Under the pieces are notes generated by a model, which saw only the letters and a list, made by a program, of their open reading frames with translations, ran no database searches and was not told the origin of the DNA. The position numbers were made by a program, and so were the translations under genes. This document shows, piece after piece, positions 41,371 through 50,739 of a DNA stretch of 64,000 nt (the stretch's first letter is position 1; each line of letters opens with the position of its first letter). The DNA is taken from the NCBI GenBank assembly GCA_963422735.1, contig OY730476.1:4672001-4736000 (forward strand), in the 5' to 3' direction. The DNA comes from Candidatus Latescibacterota bacterium (lineage in GTDB: Bacteria; Latescibacterota; UBA2968; UBA8231).

Positions 41371-41486
41371 TTGATTAAGCTCCTTGGAAATGACGCTGCT
41401 GTGTGATTCCATCGCCTATGGCCGGGAAACACAACAATAGAGTTGGTTCGGGATGGGCCGCAACCCGAACCAACCCGCAATTATAT

Positions 41487-42182
41487 CTATCTGCCGCTAA
41501 GTCTGGTGCCCAAGCTGAGCGTAAGCGAGAATTCATTAAGATGGCCAGCAAAATCAGCAAAATCAGCAAACCATCGCCGATATCGCCCTTCCGCCTTCAC
41601 AACGAAAGCCGGTCCCACACGCCACTGGTAACCTAGGCCGGCTCCGGCGGCGAAAATGTGCTCGGAGCCGGCCTCCTTGTCCTCCTCGAAGCGGCCCTCC
41701 CCGTATAGACCCACTAGAGCACCGTTCCCCAGTAGGTAGGGACCGGACACCGCGTTGCTTTGCGGAGAGAATGCACCTCGGACTCCAAGATAAAGGGTAG
41801 AGAGATCAACTTCAGCGCGATCATAGTCATCAAAATGGTCATCATATTTGTCTTCGTATTCGTATTCGCCTTCGAGTGACATCCTCCAAAAACTGAATTC
41901 CGGACCAATGGCTAGCTGCTCACTCGGAAACCACGAAATGTAGAGCGAAGGGTACCAAGGGACCCCCACGCTACCACCCGGCACCCCAATCAAAGTCATC
42001 TTCCCAGTTATCTCCTCCCTATCGTAGGACGTCTCGACAGATGTCCCGTAAGAAAAACGGGAAAGCCCAAACAGCGTTCCGATCTCGACACCAGTCGCCG
42101 GGGCGTCCTCTCCTTGATGGGCGGAAATCGGCGTGGTTGCCACAAAAGCCGTCAAGTACGCAAGCAAAATAAACCGCAGCAT
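41487..42182 (-). CDS. Putative outer-membrane beta-barrel protein
   Basis: Signal peptide MLRFILL..ISA; amphipathic strands PYLLG, AGAGLGYQW, KAEGRY and EFSLTLSLG. Confidence 0.65.
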   Translation of the reverse strand: MLRFILLAYLTAFVATTPISAHQGEDAPATGVEIGTLFGLSRFSYGTSVETSYDREEITGKMTLIGVPGGSVGVPWYPSLYISWFPSEQLAIGPEFSFWRMSLEGEYEYEDKYDDHFDDYDRAEVDLSTLYLGVRGAFSPQSNAVSGPYLLGNGALVGLYGEGRFEEDKEAGSEHIFAAGAGLGYQWRVGPAFVVKAEGRYRRWFADFADFAGHLNEFSLTLSLGTRLSGR

Positions 42183-42381
42183 ATCTTCCTCACTACTGAA
42201 TGAATGAAAAACTTTTGTTGCGGCGAAACGTTTCCGTCGCTGTCGGATTATAAATACGTGAGGAATGTCCATTGCGTTAAAAAAACTAATTTCGGCCGGG
42301 ACTTTGCCGAGTTGTCCCTGTGCTCTATAGTTAAAGCTAACCAATAAAGGTGAAGGCAATTCTCGCAGGGATAGAGGTAGC

Positions 42382-42606
42382 GTGATGAATGAGTTTATCC
42401 GTATAGCTCCAGAAATTTGTTCGGGGAAGCCTACAATTCGCGGTACGCGGATCATGGTAAAAAATATCTTGGGAATGGTAGCTGGTGGATACGCGGTTGA
42501 CCAGATTGTCGAAGCTTATCCCGAACTGACTCAGGAGATGGTACAAGCCGCTTTGCAATATGCGGCGGCAGTTATAGATGAAGAGCAAGTGATCGCACGT
42601 GCATGA
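42382..42606 (+). CDS. DUF433 antitoxin
   Basis: PEICSGKPTIRGTRI...YPELT..VQAALQYA. Confidence 0.88.
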   Translation: MMNEFIRIAPEICSGKPTIRGTRIMVKNILGMVAGGYAVDQIVEAYPELTQEMVQAALQYAAAVIDEEQVIARA

Positions 42607-42951
42607 GTCGCAGTTGGCGATCTTACTCGATCAGAATGTGCCACTAGTCACAGCGGTTTGGTTGCGGGATCAGCGTCCTCATTGGAAGATTCAACATGTC
42701 AATGAACTAGGCTTTCGCGGTCGTCCCTGGGCGCAGGAGCGTGGAGCTATCATCGTTACGTACGATGAGGATTTTGCTGATGCCCGTATGTATCCGCCCA
42801 TCGAGGCATTGTCCGGCTGCGCGTCTGGCCAACGACAATAGAGCAAACACAGGATGCCCTTTCGCGCCTGCTAGCTGATCTGCCGGCATCTGATTGGAGC
42901 AATAACCTGCTCATCATCGACAATCAGAAAATCAGAGTGCGGAAATTGTAA
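42599..42951 (+). pseudogene. DUF5615 PIN-like toxin, frameshifted
   Basis: LLDQNVP and IIVTYDEDF; continuation HRGIVRLRVWP...IIDNQKIRVRKL lies in another frame. Confidence 0.75.
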
Positions 42952-43026
42952 CTGGTTGTGGGGCTTTCGGCCGAGTAGCTCAGCCGCGGTTGGCGTAGTC
43001 GCAAAGACTATGCACGCTTCTTTTTC

Positions 43027-43578
43027 TTAGCCCCGTCGCCATTTGCTCAAGCTTCTCATATCCGGCACAATGGACTGCCCGCGCTCCAAGTCGAAGTCGA
43101 TCTCCACGGAGTGCGCTTGGTAATCTTGGTCACCACGCGTGGTCTGATATACGTCGTGCCCCTCGGCGCAAATGGGCATAGTGTGCCACACTCCCAGATG
43201 CAAGCAGACGCCCACATCGCCCGCCGAGTAAAAAGCGCGTAGCTCCTCGGCTTGGATGTCGGCTTGGATCGCTCCGACGATAAACACGCTCGGCGAGTGC
43301 AAGCTGGGGTAAAACGACTGGCCGGCGTCCGTGTGAAAGGCAAAATGGGCACGCTTCAGTCCCTCGGAGATGGGTACGCGCTGCGGATGGGGCGCGTACC
43401 AACTCGGGGGGTCTTTGGGCTGGGGACCGGGCGTGGCGAGGACTGGGTACGCGTTGGTCGCATAACCGCCTTTTACCTTGTCCGGCTTGCGCTCTTCAAA
43501 GGTGCGAATCACGTGGCCAAAAGGGGCAAACGCTTCGGGTTCGAGCGGTTCGACCGGGATTTTCACGAGGTTCCACAT
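43027..43578 (-). CDS. Ureidoglycolate-lyase-like cupin
   Basis: PVEPLEPEAFAPFGHVI, HTDAGQSFYP, LRAF and GVWHTMP. Confidence 0.7.
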   Translation of the reverse strand: MWNLVKIPVEPLEPEAFAPFGHVIRTFEERKPDKVKGGYATNAYPVLATPGPQPKDPPSWYAPHPQRVPISEGLKRAHFAFHTDAGQSFYPSLHSPSVFIVGAIQADIQAEELRAFYSAGDVGVCLHLGVWHTMPICAEGHDVYQTTRGDQDYQAHSVEIDFDLERGQSIVPDMRSLSKWRRG

Positions 43579-43602
43579 GGCAATCTCCTCTCGTTAGCGC
43601 GA

Positions 43603-44847
43603 TTAGCCGATGCCTAGAGCGGCGTCTATCTCCGCTTGATAGGCGTACGATTGGCAGGATTCGACCGCGCTGAGCGACACCGGGCCACCGGCGCGCCATG
43701 ACTCAAACACCGCGTAGAGCGCGGCCACATCCTTCAGCCCGCAGCGGCCATCCACTTCAACTGTGCGCTGGCCGCGAATGGCCTCCGCCATTTCGTGCAG
43801 TTCGTATGCGATCAGCTTCAGGTCAACGAGCGGATCGCCGGCCGAAACCCCGCTCGGAAAGAAGTGGCGAGTCAGCGGGTCGAACGCTAAGCCCGCACCC
43901 TCGGCAGACGCGAGGATGGCCTCTTGGCTCAGGGGCTCAGCGTCGCGCCGCGCAAGCGTTATGCGCCCCCCGCGCACGCCAAAGCCGTCAATGCTGCCGT
44001 TGGTGCCCATGATCAACTCGCGGTGTGCGCCCGCGTGGCCGGCGATCCCGACGAGCCAGTTTAGGGTCGCGCCGCTTTCCATCTTGAAGATCGCTTGGGT
44101 CGCGTCCTCGGCCGCAGCGGGTATGCGCTCTGGCATGGCCGCGAAGCGCTTTTTGTAGAACTCGTAGTCCATTGACATGGTTGCCGATTTTTGCCGCTCC
44201 GGCTCCACCATCCGCGCATCGGCATAGACTTCGGCAAAATCCCCCAATTGGTAACGGATCATGTGGGTGAAGTGTACGGCCATATCGAGGATAAAGCCGC
44301 CCAATTCCCGGCGGTGCCGCCAAGGGGTGATAAAAATGGAATTGCTTGGGCCCAGCGAGTGGTACAACCCCATATAGGGGGTGCCGATGGCACCGGTGTC
44401 GATCAGGTGGCGCACGATGCGGGCCGAAGGGTCGCGGCGAAAATTTTCGGCCACGGAGACAATGCGCTCGTTGCGTGCGGCTGCGTCGAGGATCCTCTCG
44501 CAGGCTTGCACCGTGATGGCCAGCGGCTTTTCCACCAGCACGTGCAATCCTAAGTCGAGGGCCTCGCAGACGACGGTGTGATGCACCGAAGGATCGGTCA
44601 CCACATCCACGGCTTCGAGGTCTGGCACCTGCTGTACCATCGCCTCCATATTGGTGCAGACCTTGGGGCGGACCCCAAGGAGCTTCTCGGCTTCGGCGGC
44701 GGCCATCTCGGCGTTTTCCGCGCTGATGTCGCAGACCGCGCTCAGCTCGATTGAGTCGAAGGGGGAGTCGGCTAGCTGCTTGAGGCCGTGTAGATGGCGG
44801 GTGCCCATGCCGCCGCAGCCGACGAGGGCTAGGCGCACCTTGTCCAC
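43603..44847 (-). CDS. Gfo/Idh/MocA oxidoreductase
   Basis: VGCGGMG, HVLVEKP, VAENFR and GGFILDMAVH. Confidence 0.9.
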   Translation of the reverse strand: MDKVRLALVGCGGMGTRHLHGLKQLADSPFDSIELSAVCDISAENAEMAAAEAEKLLGVRPKVCTNMEAMVQQVPDLEAVDVVTDPSVHHTVVCEALDLGLHVLVEKPLAITVQACERILDAAARNERIVSVAENFRRDPSARIVRHLIDTGAIGTPYMGLYHSLGPSNSIFITPWRHRRELGGFILDMAVHFTHMIRYQLGDFAEVYADARMVEPERQKSATMSMDYEFYKKRFAAMPERIPAAAEDATQAIFKMESGATLNWLVGIAGHAGAHRELIMGTNGSIDGFGVRGGRITLARRDAEPLSQEAILASAEGAGLAFDPLTRHFFPSGVSAGDPLVDLKLIAYELHEMAEAIRGQRTVEVDGRCGLKDVAALYAVFESWRAGGPVSLSAVESCQSYAYQAEIDAALGIG

Positions 44848-44850
44848 CCG

Positions 44851-45369
44851 CTACTCCTGCCAGTTAGAGACGTGGCTCATGTCGGGCAGCAGAGCCAAGC
44901 CGCGGTCTTGGTCGAAGTGAACATCGACCGAGTGGTGGTGATAACTCTGGTTGCCACGCGCGGTTAGGTACACCTCCTCACCACGCAGGCACACGGGCAT
45001 GGTGTGCCACACCTTTAGGTTCATGCAGATGCCGGTGCTGCCGTCGGAGTAAAAAGCGAGCAGATCCTCCGGCCCGATCATTGGCTGAACCGGGGCCACG
45101 AAAAAGACGGTCGGGCAGTGCCGACTCGGATAGAAGGACTGCCCGGCATCGTCGTGAAAGGCAAAGTGCGCCCGCAGCCGACCCTCGGACAGGTTGAGCT
45201 GGTCGGATGCGGGGTCTTTGACCTCGGCCCGCACGGTATATGCGCGCTCGATCAGCTCTCCTACCACGACCTCGGGTTTGGCCTCGTCAAAGGTGGAGAT
45301 GACTTGCCCGAAAGGGGCAAAGGCCGGGGAAGTCAGCGGCTCCACGGGAACCTTGAGAATTTTTAGCAC
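44851..45369 (-). CDS. Ureidoglycolate-lyase-like cupin (paralog of 43027-43578)
   Basis: PVEPLTSPAFAPFGQVI, HDDAGQSFYP and VWHTMP. Confidence 0.7.
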   Translation of the reverse strand: MLKILKVPVEPLTSPAFAPFGQVISTFDEAKPEVVVGELIERAYTVRAEVKDPASDQLNLSEGRLRAHFAFHDDAGQSFYPSRHCPTVFFVAPVQPMIGPEDLLAFYSDGSTGICMNLKVWHTMPVCLRGEEVYLTARGNQSYHHHSVDVHFDQDRGLALLPDMSHVSNWQE

Positions 45370-45385
45370 GGCAACGCTCCTTTTG

Positions 45386-46897
45386 TCAGAAGGCCAGCAG
45401 CATCGGCCCCATTCGCTCTAGCAAGAGGGCCCGATAGCGCTCGGCCTTGGCCAATTGCAGCCGTTCGAGCGGGTTGAAGTCGTCGGTGATGAGCTCGCCC
45501 TCGGTGGGCATGGGATATTCGCGTGCCGCGAGCCACGCCTCGCCGCCGGCTTCAGCCGCAAGAGAAATTGGCCGTCGCGCAGCCAAGAAGACAAAGTCGT
45601 TAAACGCTGCGCCTGGTATCGCGACGAGGGTCAGCCGATGCGGGAAGATTTCGCCCAAGGTCCGGTACACGGCCGCAGCGGCAGCGGCTTCTGGTCCTTC
45701 GGTAAAGCCGACGAAGTTTAGGGCCAAGAGGCCGTCGTCTTTGAGGAGCCGATCGAGGTCGCGGAGCATTTCGACGCTCAGCAGGTGGCTGGGCACAAAT
45801 CCACCGGTAAAGCAGTCGTGGACGATGAAGTCGTATTGCTTGTCGAGGTGGCGAATTTCGTAGCGGGCGTCGCCGACCCGCAGGGTACCTGCTGGCTCGT
45901 AGAGAAAGTATTGCTGCGCGGCTTTGGCCACTTCTGGGTCCAGCTCTAGGGCGTCGGTGGCAATGCCTTGGGCTGCAAACGCCATGGCAATGTAGCCTCC
46001 GCCGAGGCCGATCAGCAGCGCGTTGCGTCCCTCTGGGTGCAAGTGGGGCAGGGCGGCAATGATTTTTTGGTAGCTGAGCACCGGCTCGCGGGTGTCGAGC
46101 CGCAGTGCGCTGATGACCGAGGCGTCCGACAGCATCCACCGCACCCGGCGGGCGCGATCATCGACGACCCGCACCCAGCCGTAGTGGCTTTCGGCTTGGT
46201 GAACTAGGCGATAATCTCCGTATCCAGTCGGCCCTAGGTCGGTCTGTAGCCAGAGTCCCGCGCCGGTCGCAACCGCCGCGGCCGCGACGGGTCCCCACCG
46301 CCGCTCGTACCATGCCACGACGAGTGCCAACAGGATCAAGGCCGCGCTGACTCCGTAGAGAATCACCCGCGACCCAAGGGCCGGCAATAGGAAAAAGCCC
46401 AACAGCAAGGTGCCCACCACGCTGCCGACCGTGCTGACCGCAAAGACCGAACCGGCTGCCATGCCCGCGCCTGTCCGCCGCCGCGCCGCCATCTCGATCA
46501 CCTGCGGCCCCACCATGCCGAGGCAGGTCAGCGGCAGGGCAAAAAGCAGCAGGGCACTGGTAAAGGCCCCGGCGCGCAGCCCCAGATCGTTGGTCCACAG
46601 CAAGATCGGGCGGCTGACGAGCGGAATCGCGGCCGTCGTCAACCCGGCGAGTGCTATGGAGTAGGAAAGCCGAAAGCGCGTCTGCTTGTCAGCGACCAAG
46701 CCTCCGAGGTAATAGCCCACTGCCAAGGCGATCAAAGCGACGGATATGAGCGAAGACCACACGTAGAGACTGACCCCGTAAAAAGGGCCGATGATGCGCG
46801 TACCCAACAGCTCTAGCATCATTACCGCGGCCCCGGAGATGGTTACGGTGCCGTAAAGCAGCAGCCGATCTAGGCGAGTTGTGCGTTCTTCAGTCAT
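45386..46897 (-). CDS. Fused membrane domain / spermidine-synthase-like protein
   Basis: MMLELLGTRII.P.YG.S.YVW and STVGSVVGT; IGLGGG, LELD, GDAR, DFIVHDCF and TDDFNP. Confidence 0.85.
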   Translation of the reverse strand: MTEERTTRLDRLLLYGTVTISGAAVMMLELLGTRIIGPFYGVSLYVWSSLISVALIALAVGYYLGGLVADKQTRFRLSYSIALAGLTTAAIPLVSRPILLWTNDLGLRAGAFTSALLLFALPLTCLGMVGPQVIEMAARRRTGAGMAAGSVFAVSTVGSVVGTLLLGFFLLPALGSRVILYGVSAALILLALVVAWYERRWGPVAAAAVATGAGLWLQTDLGPTGYGDYRLVHQAESHYGWVRVVDDRARRVRWMLSDASVISALRLDTREPVLSYQKIIAALPHLHPEGRNALLIGLGGGYIAMAFAAQGIATDALELDPEVAKAAQQYFLYEPAGTLRVGDARYEIRHLDKQYDFIVHDCFTGGFVPSHLLSVEMLRDLDRLLKDDGLLALNFVGFTEGPEAAAAAAVYRTLGEIFPHRLTLVAIPGAAFNDFVFLAARRPISLAAEAGGEAWLAAREYPMPTEGELITDDFNPLERLQLAKAERYRALLLERMGPMLLAF

Positions 46898-48248
46898 GCT
46901 CGCTGTTTTCTTTGGCTGCCTGCGCGAGTTGTTCGTAGCGCTGCATCGCGGCGGCCGCCCGTGCGTCCAGCCCTCGGCTCTTGTAGAGGCGCGCTAGGTG
47001 GAAGTGGGCGTCGGCGTAGTCTGGCGCTAGCCGGAGTGCTTTGGCGAGGGCTTGGCTTGCCCGTTGCACATCGCCGCCTAGCATATAAGCCGCTCCGAGG
47101 TTGGTATAGCCCTTGGCGTAGCGCGGGTTGAGCGACAAGGCGATTTCGTAGTGTTCGATGGCCTCGGCGACGCGGCCCTGCCGCAACAATACGTTGGCGA
47201 GGTTGTTGCGCGCACTCAGGTCTTGGTCGTTGATGCGGAGTGCTGCCGCGTACTCGACGCCGGCCTCGGCGTAGCGACCCAAGCCCCCGTAGAGCACGCC
47301 GAGGTTGTAATGCGCGTTGGCGTCGTCGGGATAGAGGCTGAGGATATAGCGGAACCGCTCGATGTCGTCATACACGGGTTGGACGCGCTGGAAGGTGGCC
47401 AATAGCTTCTCGCCCCGCTCTGTGTCGCCTTGGCGTATCAAGAGGGTGCCGAGTCGGTGGTATGCCTCGGGATTAAAGGGGTCGAGGGCAATGGCGCGGG
47501 GAAAGAGCTGCTCGGCCTCGTCGGTGCGGTTCTGCTGTGCGCGCACTTGGCCAAGCCCGATGTAAGGTGCTGCGTCGTCCGGGCGCAGGCTCATGGCCCG
47601 CGCGAAGTTGGCGGCCGCTTGAGAGAGTTGGCCCTGCTTATGCTGGATTTGCCCCAGCCGGAGATAGGCGTCGCCGTACGCGGTGTCGATTTCTGTGGCG
47701 CGAGTAAACGCGCGGCTGGCCTCGCCGTATTGCGCTTGGCGCTCATAGACTACGCCGAGGTTGTAGTGGATGGCGGCATCGTCGCCCGATCGCCTGTGCG
47801 CTTGCTTGAGGACCGCGACTGCTTCGGCGTAGTGGCCGTCGTCCGCGTAGGCGATGGCCAGCTTGCGATAGAGATCGATGCGGTCGGGAGCGGTGTCGAG
47901 GCCCTCTTGGTAGGTAGTTGCCGCATCGGCGTTGCGCCGCTGTCGCACGTAAATGTCGCCCAAGAGGACGTAGGCGTCGGTGTGATCTGGAGCCAGCGCG
48001 ATAGCCTGTTCGGCTAGCTGGGCCGCCAGCCCCAAGCGACTTTGAATCAGGTCGAGGCGAGCCAGCAGCAGGCGGGCTTCGAGGTGCTGGCCGTCTGCTG
48101 AGAGTACCTGCTTGCAGGCAGCGACGGCTGCGTTATACTCGCCGACGGCTGTCAGGTGCTGCGCTTCGTCGAAACGGTCGTTTGGTTCACTTGGGTTGCC
48201 GCAGGCGGCAAGCAGCGCGGCGGCCCAAGCCTTAAACCTGAGAATCAT
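46890..48248 (-). CDS. TPR-repeat lipoprotein
   Basis: LLAAC lipobox; many 34-aa repeats (HYNLGVVY, YLRLG, RNNLANVL). Confidence 0.85.
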   Translation of the reverse strand: MILRFKAWAAALLAACGNPSEPNDRFDEAQHLTAVGEYNAAVAACKQVLSADGQHLEARLLLARLDLIQSRLGLAAQLAEQAIALAPDHTDAYVLLGDIYVRQRRNADAATTYQEGLDTAPDRIDLYRKLAIAYADDGHYAEAVAVLKQAHRRSGDDAAIHYNLGVVYERQAQYGEASRAFTRATEIDTAYGDAYLRLGQIQHKQGQLSQAAANFARAMSLRPDDAAPYIGLGQVRAQQNRTDEAEQLFPRAIALDPFNPEAYHRLGTLLIRQGDTERGEKLLATFQRVQPVYDDIERFRYILSLYPDDANAHYNLGVLYGGLGRYAEAGVEYAAALRINDQDLSARNNLANVLLRQGRVAEAIEHYEIALSLNPRYAKGYTNLGAAYMLGGDVQRASQALAKALRLAPDYADAHFHLARLYKSRGLDARAAAAMQRYEQLAQAAKENSEHD

Positions 48249-49902
48249 ACATGGCCGCGAGATGATCTCGGTAGATGGAGATGTACGCGGCGTGCTTTTC
48301 GCGCAAGCGGCCAATCAGCTCGCTGTAGAGGCGGTTTTCCTCCTCTTTGGTCCACCAGTAGCGCACCTGTTTTTCCACTTCTTCGTAGGGCTTTGGCGCG
48401 GCGGCGGTTTTATGCAGCACCTCGAACAGGGAGAAGCCGCCTTGGCGGTGATTGGTTGCCGTGATTTCGATGGGGCCGATCAGCACCCCTACTTCCGCTT
48501 CGAGAGCTGCGGTCAGCAGCTCGCCGAAAGCCACTCGCTCAAAGGAATGGATGTGGAAGGAATCGGTGGTGTGGCCTTGGCGAATGCTGTGCTGCGCCGC
48601 CAACTTGCCCATGTCGGTTCCGGCCCGGATCTGTGCGGCGAGGTCCTCGGCTTCTGCGCGCGTGGCCACGAGAATTTCTCGCACATCTAGGGTTTGGTCT
48701 TCCATAAAGCGGTGCGAATTGGCCTCGTAGTAGCGCCTGAGCGCGTCTTCGCTCAGATCAATGTGCGCTTCCACGCGACGGGTGCGCAGCTCATCGACGA
48801 GCATGGCGCGCTTTTTGCGCTCCAGCCAATCGACGATCTGCGGCTCCTGCGCCAGCCCATGGCGCTCTATTTCCAACGGAAAGAGCACTTCGGGCACGAG
48901 GTAAAGCCGGACGAATTCGTCTAGGCCGCTGCTGTCAGCGCGTACGCGAGCGACTCGGCTCACCTTTGGATAGAGCGCATTGAAGTCGGCTTGCGTGATT
49001 TGGCCGCCGTCGTAGCGACCGAGAACACCGGTAGGGTTCATATCGGCTACCACGCCGGCCGCGACTTGTGCGGCGAGATCGACCACGGCGCGGGCGTCTA
49101 GTTCGACTCCGTATGCCTGCATCAATTCGGCGACCAGTGCTCGGCGGCGCTTGCCGTGGGCGGCCAGCAGTGCGCCTTGGGAAAAGACGAGGTAATAGCT
49201 AGCTGGTGCCGGGCGTTCGTCCAAAACCTTGTACAGGTCGTAGTAATCGCCGACTGCGAGCGGTGCGCTGACCTCGCCTTTGGCCAAGTCAAAGATGATC
49301 TCGGCTACCTCTATGGGGACCCCTAAGTCGTCTAGATTACCGCGCCCGAAGTAGGACTCCAACACGCCTTGGTGCTGCCCATCTTGGCGGTGCGTCAGGT
49401 GCGGACCGGACAACTCCGCAAAGGGAGTGCCGTCCTCTAGCTGGCGCAACACTTGCTCAGCTTGGTCGGCCATAGCCGAGCGGATGCGCGCCAATTTCAG
49501 GAGCCGACTCCACTTACTCTCGCTCCACTGCCGCTTTATTTCTTCCTGCGACAGGTCGATTTTGTCTTGGATTTCTAGCTTGATGAATTCTTCAAAGAGC
49601 TTCTTTTTGCGCGTCTGTGCCCATTTTTCGGCAAAGCTCGTGTCGGCGGCGAGCGGCTGGGCCTCCAACAGCAGGAGCTCCATGTCGATCATGGCTTGGA
49701 GGTATTCGTTGAGCGCATCGACGCCCTCCTTTTCGGAGAGCAAGAGGGCGGGCATGGTGCCCTTAAAGCGCAGTACGTCCTCAAAGGTGATATCGACTTC
49801 ACCGACGCGGCCGACGACGCTTTTGTCAACTGGGGGGGAACTACAAGCGGCGATGAGCGACAAGCAGCCGACTGCGCGTATTACCTTAGCTTGTATCTGC
49901 AC
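48232..49902 (-). CDS. PpiC-type peptidyl-prolyl isomerase / SurA-PrsA-like lipoprotein chaperone
   Basis: LIAAC lipobox; two parvulin-like segments (LEDGTPFAELS..GEVSAP; VREILV..GTDMGKLAAQHS); start uncertain. Confidence 0.75.
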   Translation of the reverse strand: MQIQAKVIRAVGCLSLIAACSSPPVDKSVVGRVGEVDITFEDVLRFKGTMPALLLSEKEGVDALNEYLQAMIDMELLLLEAQPLAADTSFAEKWAQTRKKKLFEEFIKLEIQDKIDLSQEEIKRQWSESKWSRLLKLARIRSAMADQAEQVLRQLEDGTPFAELSGPHLTHRQDGQHQGVLESYFGRGNLDDLGVPIEVAEIIFDLAKGEVSAPLAVGDYYDLYKVLDERPAPASYYLVFSQGALLAAHGKRRRALVAELMQAYGVELDARAVVDLAAQVAAGVVADMNPTGVLGRYDGGQITQADFNALYPKVSRVARVRADSSGLDEFVRLYLVPEVLFPLEIERHGLAQEPQIVDWLERKKRAMLVDELRTRRVEAHIDLSEDALRRYYEANSHRFMEDQTLDVREILVATRAEAEDLAAQIRAGTDMGKLAAQHSIRQGHTTDSFHIHSFERVAFGELLTAALEAEVGVLIGPIEITATNHRQGGFSLFEVLHKTAAAPKPYEEVEKQVRYWWTKEEENRLYSELIGRLREKHAAYISIYRDHLAAMYDSQV

Positions 49903-50641
49903 GCCGAGTCCGGGCGTAGTACACTTCGCGCTGAAAATCATAGGGAATATCTACGGCCTCCACAGGCGCATCGCGGAAGTCGAACCTCAGCACCATATCG
50001 CGGATCCACAGCGTGAATTCCTCGACATCGCGGTCGAGCGGGGGAAAGACCAAATACCCCTCTTGCTCTTGGCCGCTGAAGATCATGTCGTCGGCAAACA
50101 GGGTGCGCTGCAAAAGATCGCGCCGCGCCTTGAACCCCTTGCGCGCATTGCCGCCGTAGGCTTGGGCATAGGGCCAATAGTACTCGGTCAGGGCGAGGAG
50201 ACTAAGCGCCTTGTAGCGACGCCCGTTGGGGGCGATCAATTCGATGTTGGCTGGATTTAGGCGGACCTTGGGATAGGCGTAGTTTTTGACCTTGACCAAA
50301 AACACGGTAAACCGCGTCGGTGCCTCCTCTTCGCCAGGCGGCGTCCAATCGCCATAGGTGTAGGGATTGGTAGCCACAGCGTAGGGGTTGGGCAGAATAA
50401 AGCCCTCAGGAGCCTCTGAGACGCCGGCGAATTGCCGATTTAGGGCCTCGGGCGACATGGGCAATATCGCTACCTCTAGACGATCTTTGACGAAAGTGAT
50501 GCTGCGGTCATCGCCGACTAAGTAGTTGTCGGCCGTGATTTCTGCGGGTACCACCGGGCCGGTAAAATGCCGATGCCCGAACTTCAAGCCGCATCCGGCG
50601 AGTGCGATTAGCAATAGGAGCAAGCTACCTAATGTCTTCAT
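49886..50641 (-). CDS. Hypothetical lipoprotein
   Basis: MKT..LALAGC lipobox; beta-rich body (TVFLVKVKN, QEGYLVFPPL). Confidence 0.75.
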   Translation of the reverse strand: MKTLGSLLLLLIALAGCGLKFGHRHFTGPVVPAEITADNYLVGDDRSITFVKDRLEVAILPMSPEALNRQFAGVSEAPEGFILPNPYAVATNPYTYGDWTPPGEEEAPTRFTVFLVKVKNYAYPKVRLNPANIELIAPNGRRYKALSLLALTEYYWPYAQAYGGNARKGFKARRDLLQRTLFADDMIFSGQEQEGYLVFPPLDRDVEEFTLWIRDMVLRFDFRDAPVEAVDIPYDFQREVYYARTRRADTS

Positions 50642-50674
50642 GGATACCCCCCCTTCTCTGAAAGCTGCTAATAC

Positions 50675-50708
50675 AAGATGAGGAGGGGCGACTGCCCCTC
50701 CTCATCTT
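50675..50708. terminator. Strong intergenic hairpin (terminator, attenuator or mRNA stabiliser)
   Basis: 15-bp perfect stem AAGATGAGGAGGGGC-GACT-GCCCCTCCTCATCTT. Confidence 0.7.
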
Positions 50709-50739
50709 TGCTAGACGGCTAATGCAATGCAGCCTTTGC

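Noticed and set aside
41546-41571. Short tandem repeat CAGCAAAAT (about 3 units) encoding FADFADFA
   Set aside because: Small in-frame slippage with no evidence of phase variation; not a CRISPR repeat
42969-43026. GGCCGAGTAGCTCAG resembles a tRNA 5' end
   Set aside because: No TTCGA T-loop or acceptor-stem complement; it forms two small hairpins between convergent genes, more like a terminator
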